A stretch of DNA of 63,974 nt, filler included, from Piptocephalis cylindrospora (lineage: Eukaryota), in NCBI GenBank assembly GCA_003614145.1. It is 4 parts of 4 records of this genome, joined end to end, with 100 filler letters (N's around TTAATTAATTAA, not from the genome) between each part and the next. Parts side by side here need not be neighbours in the genome. Positions count along the whole stretch, not along the records: positions 1 to 16,115 come from KZ987873.1; 3 more parts are not named here. One strand, written 5' to 3'. A program made the translations under genes and the position numbers. The notes below the pieces were generated by a model that worked only from the letters and a program-made list of their open reading frames with translations, searched no databases and was not told the DNA's origin. Each line of letters begins with the position of its first letter. Within the stretch, counting starts at the first letter, position 1. Positions 1-12,172 of this stretch are shown one piece after another.

Positions 1-289
1 CGGATAGGTGATAGTCGTGACCATGGTGAATGATCATTATATCGATGATTTAGAGCAAATGCCGTTGCCAAATGCAATGTTTTATTAGTGTATGAATTTG
101 AACCACGGTGCTTTGGACTGGATATTGTGTTAATCATCCATCCGTTCCCCCTTCCCCCCGTAGAAAAGGGGATGATCGATCCATCTATATTCAGGATACA
201 AGGTGTGAGGAGCCGGTGCTGAGGAGGTGTGTAGACCACTGAGGGTCAGCTTTCTCTCTTCGTCCCCCTCCATCCTTTCTTACTCCACC

Positions 290-1403
290 ATGTCGGGTCT
301 TCCAGGCACCATCCAAGTACTGTCTCCCAGTCGGGAGGGAGCTGAGCGAGTGATGCAAGGTCAGTGCACTGGACTTGCTATGAATGGGTGTGGGCCCCCA
401 TGCGCTCAAGCCTATTCTCTCCGTGTATATACCAATAACAACAACAACGATACTAGATATGCTTCAAGCCCGAGGGGAAGAGCCCACTCTACGCAAAGGA
501 CAGCAGAGAGTCCCTTGGACTCTAAAGACAAAGTACTATACAGCCAGGGTAGAGGTCAAGCTAGGATCGTGGCGCGAGGAGGAAGAGGAGGCCGAGGCGG
601 TAGTCCTGGCCTTGGAGCCCTCTCAGACCTCTGATTATTCGGATTTCCTCAAGGAAGCCGAGGCGTTCTTTCAAGATCGTCAGCCCGATATTCGGGTTTT
701 GGCATGGTATGGAGCAGATGAAGAGAAGAAGGATGGGTCATCAAAGGAGATGGAGGACATGTCCACTTGGTGCATTGAGCATGAGGTAGAGCTTGTGCCT
801 ATGAAGGTGGAGGAGGAGGAGGAGGAGGAGCAGGATAATGAGCCGGAATGGAAAGGACGACGGGGCAAGGATCGGGTAGTCGAGGTGCTGGAATGTCATG
901 TGTGGTCAAGCGCGGTGATGGTGTCCAAGTCAAAGGGTGTGACCAAGGACAAGGGAGAGGCGGAGGAGGATGGGTTTGGGGAGTTTCAGTAAGTGGTGAT
1001 TACGATCAGAGTTGGACAGGGCAGGGCAGGGTAGGGCAAGGGGGGAGGTAGTTGGACGTCCTGATCTATGTCTCACTGAAAAACATCCCGCTTTCATTCA
1101 GATCGACAGAAAAAGAATTCCGGGATGATCTTGATGATCGACTCCATCGACTTTCCCTTCCAGATGAAGACGAAGAGGGTGGGGAGATGGAGGGAATGGA
1201 TATGGAGCACGCCTTTGCTCAGCTCTTATCTTTTAAAGGTATATTCTTGCATGACGAGACAGCGCTCCCTTTACTCATCGCTCCCCCGCCTAATAGATAA
1301 TTGGGAAGATTTATCAAAGGATGAGAGGAGAAAGCGTGCCGATCAAATTGCCGAATCATTTGTGGATATGCTTGAGGATGAGGATGAGGATGGGGAGGAA
1401 TGA
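290..1403 (+). CDS. Alpha/gamma-adaptin-binding protein p34 (AAGAB/Irc6 family), 4 exons
   Basis: Manual splicing with GT-AG introns at about 360-456, 989-1101 and 1239-1296 gives one frame. Motifs: WTLKTKYYTARV, WCIEHEVELV, RVVEVLECHVW, and C-terminal LSKDERRKRADQIAESF. Confidence 0.8.
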
Positions 1404-2984
1404 GGAGCATTCTAGGAAATCTAAGCTCTGATCCCTTGTTGATGGACTCATGCTGTCATCGATACAGCACTTTGCCCAGGAAAGGAGCCCTCCCTTTCCC
1501 TTGGTCATGCAGAGGGAGAAGTAACCTAGTCAGCCTAATAATAATAATAATATCAGCAAAACTAACCCATGTTCCCAGGGTAAAGAAGGATCTCAAGGAC
1601 ACATCGATCTAAAGAGCGCCTTTTCTACCTATTTTCTAGGATCACCTTGACTCATCCATTAGATTGGCTGAGAAATGCTCCCCTCTCCCCCCTTTCTTGC
1701 TGGACCCTGAATCCTGGGGCCTGATCTGCCTTTGATGATTATATGGGAAAAGTGGTGGGGGCGCCACTCCGACCTATTCTTTGTCAAACTCCACCAGGTT
1801 GTGAACAGCGGGAGAGGACATTAACGTTTGAGCGAAATCTCCTCTATGAACACAATCATGGACCAAGGAGGAGGGATACATGCAATCCATGTTCATTCAG
1901 GTAATGGCCTTTTCATGGCCCGCCTTTTGGCCCCTCACACACACACACACACACAGAACATCACAGCCGTCTAGGAATGTACTCCTTGGAGGCTGCTCTG
2001 TGAAAGGCGTGTGTCCTGGGAAGGGAGTTGTTATTATTGCTGCTTCAAGGGGGAGATCCGGCGCTCACACCCAAATCCCCCCCTTCCCATAGTGAAGTGT
2101 GAAGTGAAGTGAAAAGCTGTCAGTCCCAGCACATGATGATGGAGAGCACCTCACCCGTGTACACTCAAACAAGGTGTGCGGGCGAAGGAATGATTCCTCC
2201 CTTCCCCTCCTCCTCCCCTAGTGTCCCACACGTTCACACACTGATGTCTGCCCATTGGAGACGGGCTTGGCCAATTGCCTTGATTTAAAGATGCACAGAA
2301 TAGTTTTATAGAAGCATGAGCCCTCGTTCCGTTCCTGCTCCCTCCATCCACCACTCCTTCCCCCTTCTCCGCTCCCTCATCGTGTCCTGCGCTATCCATC
2401 TTTCTTCTATGAGAGGCATCCACTACTCCTCGGGTTCAATCGGTCCCTCTCCCTCCTCTGTCTCATATTATCATGACGTTCATAAGAGAGTCCAGGTAAA
2501 CGCGCCCACTCCTTTCTATACCTCCCCCCCTGCTTATCCCTTTCCTTTTCACCCACCACCTCATCCTCGGCCCATTCCTTCCATCCTTGTCCCATCCTTC
2601 CATTACCAAGTCCCCAGGGATCTTTCCTTTTCCAAGAGTGATCACCACCTCTCTTTTGCTCCACCTCCACCCTCTTGCCCCTGATTGTTGATCCTACTCC
2701 CCTCCCTACCAACTCCACCCCCCTCCCTAGTGTGTACAGTGTTTGATACAGCAAACAACATACCACCATCTCCTTCACACGCGCGGTACAGGCGTCAACC
2801 CCCGACCACACAACACACACACACACGCACGTACTCGCACACACTCGCTCGAAACAGCCCATACATCCCCGAGTCCCTCAGCTGTCGTTGTTATCATCGG
2901 CCTCCCGAACCTTGGTGCAACACCACCTGATCAGTCTCCGTCTTTTGACTTTCCGGATTTCCCCTCCCTCTTTGTTCCTCACCC

Positions 2985-5228
2985 ATGCCCTTCTCCTCTC
3001 TCTTTCCGAACTCCTCCGCAAATCCTGCCTCCACCTCAAGCTACTCCTACACCTACCCCTCTCCTTCCCCCAACCTAGCTCCTTCCCCATCCTTTGAGAT
3101 GCTCTCACCCGATCCTTCTCGTGGAGGCCGTACGGATCAGGAAAGAACCTTATCCCCCGCCGCCTCCCCCCGACCCTCCTCCCCCTCCCCCTCCCCCTCC
3201 TCCTCATCCTCCTCATCTGGAGATGGAAAGACCAATTCCAAATTCTTGGCCAACACCTTTGTCCACAAATTGCACAATATGGTCGTCGATGAAAAGTATC
3301 AGCATCTAATCTCCTGGAGCTACACGGGCGCCTCCTTTATCGTGTGTAATATTGGCGAATTTTCCCGCATTGTCCTGCCCGAGCACTTCAAGCACAACAA
3401 CTTCTCCTCCTTCGTCCGTCAGCTCAACATGTACGGCTTTCACAAGGTCAACAAATCACCCAGAGGCCATCGAACCCTACCTGAAAACCAAATATGGGAA
3501 TTCTCTCACGCAAAATTTCTCAAAGGTCGAACCGACCTTCTTGATGGCATCAGAAGGAAGACCATGGATTCGGAAACGACCACCCGGAGAGACCAGGGCG
3601 ACTGGCAATCCCAAGTCTCCAGCCTTCAAATCTCCCACAACCGTCTGACCCAACAGGTCACCCGATTGAACGACCATATCCGCGACACCACGCGAGAGAT
3701 GGCCGACCTTCGATCCAAATACGGGGCTCAACAGCAGGTTCTTCGTCAGCTCCTCACCCTTCTCCACCAGAACTCCATGGCCTCCCCCGCCCTGAGTCAT
3801 ACCCTACTCGAAGTGTTGGAGTATGCTGAGGGCAAGCATAAGGCCTCCACTCATCATAACGTCAGTGGCGACCTAGGTGGGGCTTCGGGCCATCCTAGCG
3901 TATCCACCGGGAACCGATCGGGAGGCTCCTCCTCCTCAGGTCTAGGTGAGGAAGATCGTCCCTCCATCTTTGTCACTCATGCCGATGGAGATGAGGAATC
4001 GACCCGCGCCCTTCTTTTCCCCCATGTCCCTTCTCCCTCCCCCTCCTCCAACCCATCCTCTCGATCCCCCTCCCCCAATCCTCCTCTCCCCACTCTGATC
4101 ACCAGCCCTCTCCTTGGTCAGGATCATTCTGTCCATTCTCCCTCCATGACCCTGAGCGGCCTTCAATCCTCAAATCGCGATGGGAATGTGTGTCTGGCCG
4201 TATCCGACCCCTCCTCGGGCCTATCCCCCCTCTCCCCATCCCCGGGGGTCGAATTCACCTCAGCAGCCACCTCCCCCTTCTCCACCTCCCCCTACGCCCT
4301 TTCCCCCTTTGCCTCCCCCACTCCCCTTGTCAGTCATTCCGAATTTTCTCAGGGACATCAGAGATCTGCCTCCACCCACTCAGTCGCCACTTCCCCCTAC
4401 ATCTCTCCGCTCCTCTCCTCTTCCATCGACCATCCCACTAGATCCCCATCCCCCATCCCCCTTTCCACTCCCATGAACCAACGTCGTTCCTCCTCCCCCT
4501 ATCCTGTCCCTTCCTCTCAGCCCATTGAAGGTATGAATAAGGTTCATGTCCAAGATGCCCACGCCCAGCCCTCCTCCTCCGTATCCATTCAATTTCCCCA
4601 TGCCCTCCTCACCCGTGTCTCCTCCCCCTACCTCACCTCCCCCTCCGACTCTCCCTCCTCCTCGGGCGCAGGGGAGGAAGAGGCCTTCCCCGCTCTTCTC
4701 GGCCCCTCAGGCATGACATTCTCCGGCTCCACTGGATCCTCCCACTTTCAGGGTCAAATGGCCGCTGCCATTGCCGCTGCTTCCACCACCCATCACGTCT
4801 CTATTCCTTCCTCCTCGGCCTCCTCCTCTTCTTCCGCGGGCTCTCCCATGGACGGACTGGCCGTGTATGGGGTTACTAATGGCTCCAGCATCTCCCTCCT
4901 TCCCGGTGTTTCCAACCCCTCCTCCTCCACCTCCCCCCAGGAGAGTCGACAGGAGCAAGAAATAAGACACCAGCACTTTGAAGAGGCCATGGCCACCATG
5001 GATCGTCAGGAAGCCCATGGTCACTCTCTCCTCCCTACCAGGTCCTCCTCCTCCACGGGAATCTCCCAGCGCAGAGGCACGGTCAGTGGTCCACCTGACC
5101 TAAGTGACCTGGGCACCAGTCCCACCACCACCCACCTTTCTCCCCATTACCCCACCAATTTGAAGCATCTGAAGCGAAGGGCCTCCTCGGACCTTTCTGC
5201 CGGTACCCCTCCCACCACCTCCTCTTGA
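2985..5228 (+). CDS. HSF-type DNA-binding transcription factor
   Basis: HSF domain FVHKLHNMV...ISWS...FKHNNFSSFVRQLNMYGFHKV...WEFSH, followed by a coiled coil and a long Ser/Pro-rich tail. Confidence 0.93.
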   Translation: MPFSSLFPNSSANPASTSSYSYTYPSPSPNLAPSPSFEMLSPDPSRGGRTDQERTLSPAASPRPSSPSPSPSSSSSSSGDGKTNSKFLANTFVHKLHNMVVDEKYQHLISWSYTGASFIVCNIGEFSRIVLPEHFKHNNFSSFVRQLNMYGFHKVNKSPRGHRTLPENQIWEFSHAKFLKGRTDLLDGIRRKTMDSETTTRRDQGDWQSQVSSLQISHNRLTQQVTRLNDHIRDTTREMADLRSKYGAQQQVLRQLLTLLHQNSMASPALSHTLLEVLEYAEGKHKASTHHNVSGDLGGASGHPSVSTGNRSGGSSSSGLGEEDRPSIFVTHADGDEESTRALLFPHVPSPSPSSNPSSRSPSPNPPLPTLITSPLLGQDHSVHSPSMTLSGLQSSNRDGNVCLAVSDPSSGLSPLSPSPGVEFTSAATSPFSTSPYALSPFASPTPLVSHSEFSQGHQRSASTHSVATSPYISPLLSSSIDHPTRSPSPIPLSTPMNQRRSSSPYPVPSSQPIEGMNKVHVQDAHAQPSSSVSIQFPHALLTRVSSPYLTSPSDSPSSSGAGEEEAFPALLGPSGMTFSGSTGSSHFQGQMAAAIAAASTTHHVSIPSSSASSSSSAGSPMDGLAVYGVTNGSSISLLPGVSNPSSSTSPQESRQEQEIRHQHFEEAMATMDRQEAHGHSLLPTRSSSSTGISQRRGTVSGPPDLSDLGTSPTTTHLSPHYPTNLKHLKRRASSDLSAGTPPTTSS

Positions 5229-5425
5229 TGATCTCCCCTGTGTCCTCACCCACTTTTTGTGTGATGTGCATCCCTTTAGATGTTTCCATCCTCACCCCAT
5301 TCACCCCTTTTTTTCCCACCTCTCCTTCTCTGTACCATTAGACGCGTTTGTCTTTTTTCCCTTCTTTACTTGGTCCTTTGGCTGTTTTAATCGTCAATGA
5401 TGATGTATTTCACGTCCTCTCCCTC

Positions 5426-6635
5426 CTAGATCTGTGTCCCACCAGGACCGTACAGACCGAGGGTCCGATGAAGTCGGGATGCCAAGGATAGGTAGGCAGG
5501 GTCGGATTCGGGGGTGATGAGGCCATGTCGAAGGAGGAAATCCAGGATCACCAGGGCACAGTTGGGTTTGAAGGCCCCGGACAGGAGGGCCGTACGTAGC
5601 TCCATGGCATCCCACAGGTAAAAGCATTCGACCTCCCCATCATTGGGTCGGAGCGTTGTAGAAGGCGGGACCAAGAGATCATACACGTACTGCACCTCAG
5701 GCTGTACCCCATCAGCCGTATCGTTGATGTGCGACACATACCCAGTGCACACAGCCTATGGGAGGATAGAAATGAGAAGGGAGATGTAGGTAGAGAGAGA
5801 CAAAACATACTTTCTCGGCAAGGTGAGCTGGAAGACTGGCCTCCTCCTCACACTCCTTAATCATGGTCTCCCGTGGTGATAAACCATAAGGGATTCCTCC
5901 TGCCACCTACCAAGGATGGTTCATCATGATGAATACTAAGATAATGATGGGGAAAAGGCATGTTCTCTCAGAGCGGGACTCACCGAGTTATCCAACATTC
6001 CAGGATACGTGGGTTTGTGAAGACTACGGCGTGCAATCCACATCTTCCAATTATCCATACCAGGGAGTCCTGAGGCCGCCAGTGCGCCAGTGGAGCTAGT
6101 GGCCGTGATGATATTGATGTGAACTCCAAATGCAGCCATCCCAAACAGTGCGGCTGCTGATCGTTCTATCGATAAGGCTGCTTCCTTCTCTCCAGTATAC
6201 AACGGGTACAGCTCATCCCTCCAGCCTATAGAGGAGGATCAGTCAACCGTAGGAAAGACCATAGGGCCACATCCACTGACCTCTTAAGGGCTGTAATCGA
6301 TCCGTTGCTCTCCAACCATCCACCACCTCCTTGACCGCTGCTGTCCGGGCCTCGTACGTTGAGGGGATCGTAGAGGAAAGGTGCACATCTGCTCCCTCGG
6401 AGCCAGGATAGGTCGAGGGTTCCAGAAGGAAGACGGGGATCTCACAGCTTCCCACATGCTCTCGTACTGCCTGAACCACACTGGCCCGGACGTGACCCAC
6501 GCGCCTCCCATCCACCCAAAAGTACCCCACCACTTGGTCCTCTGGGACGGGACCAGTGTATTTCTTTCCAGGATAATAGGTATCACATCGATCCAGGAGC
6601 TGTACGAAGCTTTCTACGGGTTCTGGATGTGGCAT
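5426..6635 (-). CDS. Nudix hydrolase, YJR142W / thiamine-pyrophosphokinase-N-terminal-like family, multi-exon
   Basis: Exon pieces include IERSAAALFG..FGVHIN, WIARRS..KPTYPGMLDNSV, AGG....ETMIKECEEEASL (Nudix box), QPEVQYVYDL, PNDGEVECF and FKPNCALV. Confidence 0.88.
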
Positions 6636-7189
6636 GGGCGTGGAATACTGTACTTTTGGAGGTTTGGTGAAGGGATTGAGGTAGGAGATGTTCCAAGCAG
6701 GTTCCCGAGAGCTCCTCCACTTCTCTTTATCAACGCAGCTTCTAAAACCTGTGACCATCCAGAACCGCTTGTGTCTCAAGAGCCGGCTGTTGAAGCCATT
6801 CTATTTTCCCTAGTGAGGTAGGCGCTAAAGGCCATCCGAATACATAACCCGCCTCATTCGGCCGACCTGCATGATACCAGAAACAATGTTCCCGACGTGT
6901 GCCCTGTACTATAATTTTTGAAATGGGCACTACAGAAAACCATTAGCGCATCCCCTCCCGAGGAGATGAGGGGTAAAATCTCCCTGGGCAATCGACGGTA
7001 TAGTCGTCCCTGAGGAAGAGAATGGGGATGGGATACGGACAGATCGACTCCAGACTATGGTGATATGTTTCAGGTCGTGTGAAGGGTTGATATGAGAGAG
7101 AGAGATGATTGGAGAAAACGGATTGTAGTGTGATGGGAACGTGATGGTTTTTCTGGTCTTTTTTATACTTGGATACGTAAGATTAGGCC

Positions 7190-8210
7190 TAAATGACCTT
7201 CTCCTGTCTCCGCAGCTTCTTCATCTCCCCACCCTCCACCGTCCCGAACTCGCATGCATTCCTCCTTCCCGTCTCCTCGCCCTCTTGAGACACTATGGGA
7301 TCAGGACCTTGTGGGACCTCTGGGACCACAGTAGATCTAGACACCGCCCCCGTCTTGTGTTCCATCCCTCACTGGTTTACAATCTGGGAGGGGCCCTCCT
7401 CGTCCTCCAGGGCTTATACTTCCTCAGACGGCCAGCTGCCTTTACTTTTCCTCCTCCTCGATCACTGATCCCTCTCACCCTGTCCCTAGATGACCTCATT
7501 TTCCACCCCGCTGGAAAAGATTCCTGCCCCTACATCTTGCTACCCGTTCCCATCTCCTCAAGACCCTTGAACACCCGCAGGCTGCTAATGAGGTCATAAC
7601 CCAGACCCAATACCCCTGTCTCCCACTAGCTCACCTTTAGTCCAATTGGAGTGACCGCAAAACCTCGAATCCCGGATGGAAAGTGGCCCATAAGGCTCTT
7701 CCAACCGGCCCCAGGCTAGCTCCCATGGTCCCAGAGGATCCTGCTGCGTTCCATTGCCCCAGATGTCCCTGTATCCAGTTGGTTCTTCATCTGTTTGCCG
7801 AGTGCCCCATCACAGAAGAGGTATGAAGGGTCGTTATCCGAATCCTCTCCCCCTCTCTCCCGCCGCTATGTCTTCTTACTCCAAGCCGCATCGCCTCTAT
7901 GGTGGCGACAGGCCAGCGTCCCCCCTCAATGGAAAGACCATCATTGACGCGTGGGTAGTCCTGTCTGGTGCTATTCTCCGGGCCATCTGGCTTCAGAGAA
8001 ATGACTGGGCCTTGATGGTATGGTCTACAATGCCAATGCAATCGTCAAGCACCTCTCTTCTAGTCTAAGGCTTTCCCTTTCTTCCCGCCTGGCGTGGCTT
8101 AAATCACATCCTGAAGACCTTGGGGCCTTTAAAGAAGTCTAAGCTCATCTGTGTAGATCCTGTCACTGAGTTTCCTGTCCTGATCAGTCCCCTCAGGCTG
8201 TGACAGGAGT
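7190..8210 (+). mobile_element. Degenerate 3' fragment of an L1/Tx1-type non-LTR retrotransposon (zf-RVT region)
   Basis: 7677-7826 translates as WKVAHKALPTG...CPRCPCIQLVLHLFAECPITEEV*, a CCHC zf-RVT pattern with a stop where W is expected. AIWLQRN follows near 7985 in another frame. No RT core is seen and the boundaries are approximate. Confidence 0.75.
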
Positions 8211-8717
8211 GTGAATTCGTGTAGTCTTTTGGGTGCATTTTCCCCATGAGACAATGATTTTTTCAACGAGATTAGGCCTAAAGAGGAAGGCATTTAAGAT
8301 GGACGTAGCGCTCGGGTCTATCTGCCTACACCGACAAGCGAAATTTCTCTGGGTAAACCTTACATGGCAAAATATTTGGTATGGAGGCCAGGAAATAAAT
8401 GGTTTTTCAAAGCAGATATGCCGAGACCTCTTCTCGTTATGTTCTGTGCACGATGGAGATCGTGGATGTTTGGGGGGATGGTACTTCCTTAGTCTCACAA
8501 TCAGATGCAGAACCAAGGTGCCCATCCCCCCAGGATGGAAAGTGCTCTTCCATCTCTTGCTCCCTTTTGTACTCGTCCCTTCTCGTACTGAGGGAGTGAT
8601 CCAACACACACACATACACTCACTTCTCAGTCCTCACTTGTGGGCCTCACTATGGGGATTCCTCTCTTGTCTACAGGAGGCTGTGACCCGACAAGTATTT
8701 AAGGTGGACGAGTAGGG

Positions 8718-8790
8718 GGTGGTGTAGCGTAATGGGTAGAGCGCTGCACTGAAGACCTTACGGTTGTGGATTCGACTCCCACCATCCTCA
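8718..8790 (+). pseudogene. tRNA-like sequence (tRNA pseudogene or SINE head; CTGAAGA Phe-like loop)
   Basis: A-box-like TAGCGTAATGG, T-arm GTGGA-TTCGACT-CCCAC and a partial acceptor stem GGTGGTG/CATCCTC are present. The anticodon stem does not pair. Confidence 0.6.
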
Positions 8791-10418
8791 CCTGCCTTTC
8801 TACCCACCCCCGCCCTGCCGTTCATGGCCTAAAGCTCCTGCCCCCCCCCCCTGACTGTCCCTTGGACGTTTTTCTCCATAAGACAATAAATTATTCAACA
8901 ACTAGAATGGCCAGAGATTTAGTACATTGCTCAAAGTCTTTGGGAAAATACCCATATGCTCTAGCGACCAGGACGATTTGGGGGCGTAGCAAGGATAGGA
9001 GCCGTTGCACCGATTTCCACTGTGAGTACCACAGATCAGACAGCACGAGAAAGATCATGTCTAATGAGAATAGGGGGGTCGTGACCTAAATCACATCCTC
9101 ATACACACTCCCGTCATTCTAGAGATATACACCCACCATCTGAGATAAGGGCTTGCCCCTACAGAAATGCTCCATAGATCCCGACGTATCCTGACGAAAC
9201 CACCCTCTGTAAAGACATAAAACCAATGGAAACCCTCTCTAGGAATCCCTCACTTCTCTGATAAAAGTATATATGCTTGACCGTGTTTTAATGTGTCTTG
9301 AACAGGCGACAAAGATGATCTACTCCAGATCAGGATGATTTCAGGAGTCGAGGTGTGCACGAGGGAGCCAGCGCTGACATATTCCCTCCGCCCTCTACAT
9401 CCACAGTCCCTGGTTCGCGAGTACCCGTAGGCTTTGATTCACGAATGTCCCCTCTAGTTAACGAACACTCCTCGAATGCCTACTGTTGTTTCCATTCCAT
9501 CTCCCTTACACTATGTACCCCAGAATATTCCTCCATTCCGACGGTCAATGACCGAAAAGTGGCTGTGATTTGCATCGAAAGACACACTGGTATGCGGAAT
9601 TCACTTCTGAGCGGAGTGGCATGTTGCGATGCTCATGGCGAGCCTTGCAACAACTATGTGTCACTGGTGTTTCCTTTCAGTAAATAAAAAAAGTCTTTTA
9701 TCCTGATGAGTTTTGTAAAGGATATACCCGGCATGGCAGACTACACTGGGAGGGATGGGCACTTGAAAGTGCATTGCGTTATGGAACGATGCTGCATACA
9801 TCCAACACTTGGTCAACATCCTGCTCAGCTCCCTCTTCATTCAAGGAGCCTGAAGGCAAGGCAAGAAGTGTCGGGTAAGGGCTTGGGGCCAAGCAGAGGG
9901 ATGAGACCGAGGAGTTGTGGCGGGACGTGAATGATGGGCTGAAGAGGCTACATGCAACTAGACAACGTAGTGTCAGTATCTGGGGCCCAGCCATTTTCTA
10001 ACCAACCCCAGCTGACCTTTTATACCCCCAGTCCTACTTGTGCCTATCCTTTGCTCTCCCCCAACACGTTGCGGAGACATGTGTTTTCAACATGTGTGCC
10101 TGTCTTGCGGAGCTCCACACACACACACTATCTCCAACACCTCTTTATCGGAATTTGAAATAGGAGTCTTGCTTTTCACCCTATAAAGGTTGGGCCATGC
10201 TGCCCCTTTCCTCACCAGTCTTTCTATCCGCCCTCACACTTCATCCTCTTCTCCCTCGCCTTTGGCCTGACGTCCTCCCACATATCTTCATTTGATCTGA
10301 CGCCTTTCCGCTTCTCTTATCCCCTCTCCAAAAAATCTGCTATTACCGTCTAACGATACTGTCCCTTCCACTTTCACGTCTCCCTTTACCCTGAAGCCCA
10401 TCAGCAAAATCTAGCGCG

Positions 10419-11330
10419 ATGAATCTCTCCCTCTCCACCTTTGCCCTTCTCTCCGTACTCTCCCTCTTCTCCCTGGCTGCTGCAGCTTCTACTAATGGGG
10501 AGTCTTCTCAGCACAAACGCCTAAGTATCTCAGATCTTCTGACTCCCTCTAGCCCTCCTTCCCTCAAGCGATCTCGCACGTCCCCGGCAAGTCAACGTTC
10601 CTCCCAAGTGGGATCCACCCCTCCTAATGAGCGGTCTACTGTAGATTATGTGCAGTCTCACACACCCTTAGTACACCATAGGCGGTCTCACACATCCCCA
10701 GTGCATCAACGTTCCCCCCAAGAGGAATCATCTCGCCCTGATTCACCTGCTCCAGCCACAAGCCACTCACAAATTCACACGCCCACGGCTAATCAAGTGA
10801 TCTCATGGAAACCAATTAATGTCCATGGCAATGTCGCCTTTCCCAACACCCAGCGCCGTCGACAGAGTGCAAGCTATGATAGGGTTGTCTTTGTTGACCC
10901 TGAGAATGATAAACAGATTATCCCGACCGCTAAGAGCTTTCCCTACGTCGACCCCGAAAGTATATCCTCGGAGAATAAGGAAAAATTAACGAACCCGATG
11001 ACCTGGAAGAAAACTTTTGAGTGGAACTGTCTAAAGGTAGAGCATGCCTTTCTTACCCTCATTAGTAAGCATCCTAAGAACGCACCTCCCTACAACGAGA
11101 TTGAAGAGAGCCTACGGGTGCTGTTATTCAAGTCAGAAACAATCGATGCCCTGGTGGGTGAGCAATGGCCTAAGATTATGAAACGATCATCGGACCGATA
11201 CCAACGAGTGTATGCGTATTATCATAAGGCTGAGCCGGTTAAGATCCGCGAAGACGACATACGCAAACTAGATAGTGCGGCCGGGAACATCGAAAACATA
11301 CTCAAGAAAATCGAGTCGGTAGTGACGTAG
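10419..11330 (+). CDS. Orphan secreted protein, 303 aa
   Basis: Intronless ORF with a hydrophobic signal peptide MNLSLSTFALLSVLSLFSLAAAAS. A TATA-like CTATAAA lies near 10181, followed by a pyrimidine-rich leader. Confidence 0.75.
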   Translation: MNLSLSTFALLSVLSLFSLAAAASTNGESSQHKRLSISDLLTPSSPPSLKRSRTSPASQRSSQVGSTPPNERSTVDYVQSHTPLVHHRRSHTSPVHQRSPQEESSRPDSPAPATSHSQIHTPTANQVISWKPINVHGNVAFPNTQRRRQSASYDRVVFVDPENDKQIIPTAKSFPYVDPESISSENKEKLTNPMTWKKTFEWNCLKVEHAFLTLISKHPKNAPPYNEIEESLRVLLFKSETIDALVGEQWPKIMKRSSDRYQRVYAYYHKAEPVKIREDDIRKLDSAAGNIENILKKIESVVT

Positions 11331-12172
11331 GCCAATCGACTTGGATAGCGAATTCAAATTGGCTTATAGACCTTTCTTTTTTGGGAGGGTCACTTCATTA
11401 TCTCATTTGCTAGGGTGGTATATGCATTAGAGTGTTTCCCTTGCTCACTTGCGGCAAATGGCTAGACTAGCTGTGTTTTTTTTGTGGTGGTCCGTGTGAC
11501 ATCTTTTGAGCGTAGAGAAGGAAGTTGTGACCGTTTACAGAGGAAAATCGAGCTCTAGCTCCCCGCCAGAAGCTTCTGAATAGCGCAAGCGGGGAGGGGG
11601 GGAAGGAGCAAAAGTAGGAGGCGGCTTGATCAATTCATTGTTCTACATGCTCATCCACAGTATAAGGGCTGTTCGTCCTCCATTCATGTCACTGCGTCAA
11701 GGCTCAGCACCCCTGGTTGAGTGTCGTCATGAATCTGGGACATACTAGACGTTCTCTCCTCCGCCGCGTTCGTCGTATGTGATTAACTGGTTGCTCTCAC
11801 TTGAAGCTCTATGGCGTATCTATCTAGAGTCACAGACTCGCCCACACTCTCCTCCACGCTCTCTGGGAGGCAAGAGGGAGGGGGCTCAGAAGCGCTTTTA
11901 AACCTCCGCTACGTGCGCGCGTATTCTCCGCCAAGATGGCTTGGCATCTGTCCATCGCTTCCTACCCTCTTCCCCTCCTCTCTTCTCTCCTCCTCCTCCT
12001 TTTCCTCGGTCCCTTCTTCTATCTTGCATATCCATTTTATTTACCCTTTCCTTGCTCCCCGTGCCTTGTCTGATCAGGTATGGATACTTGGTCGTGTCAA
12101 GAGCCGCTCAGCCAGTCTGTATCCCTTGTTCAGGCCACTCACTTACCCATCTCCCATAGCACTCTACCCGCC

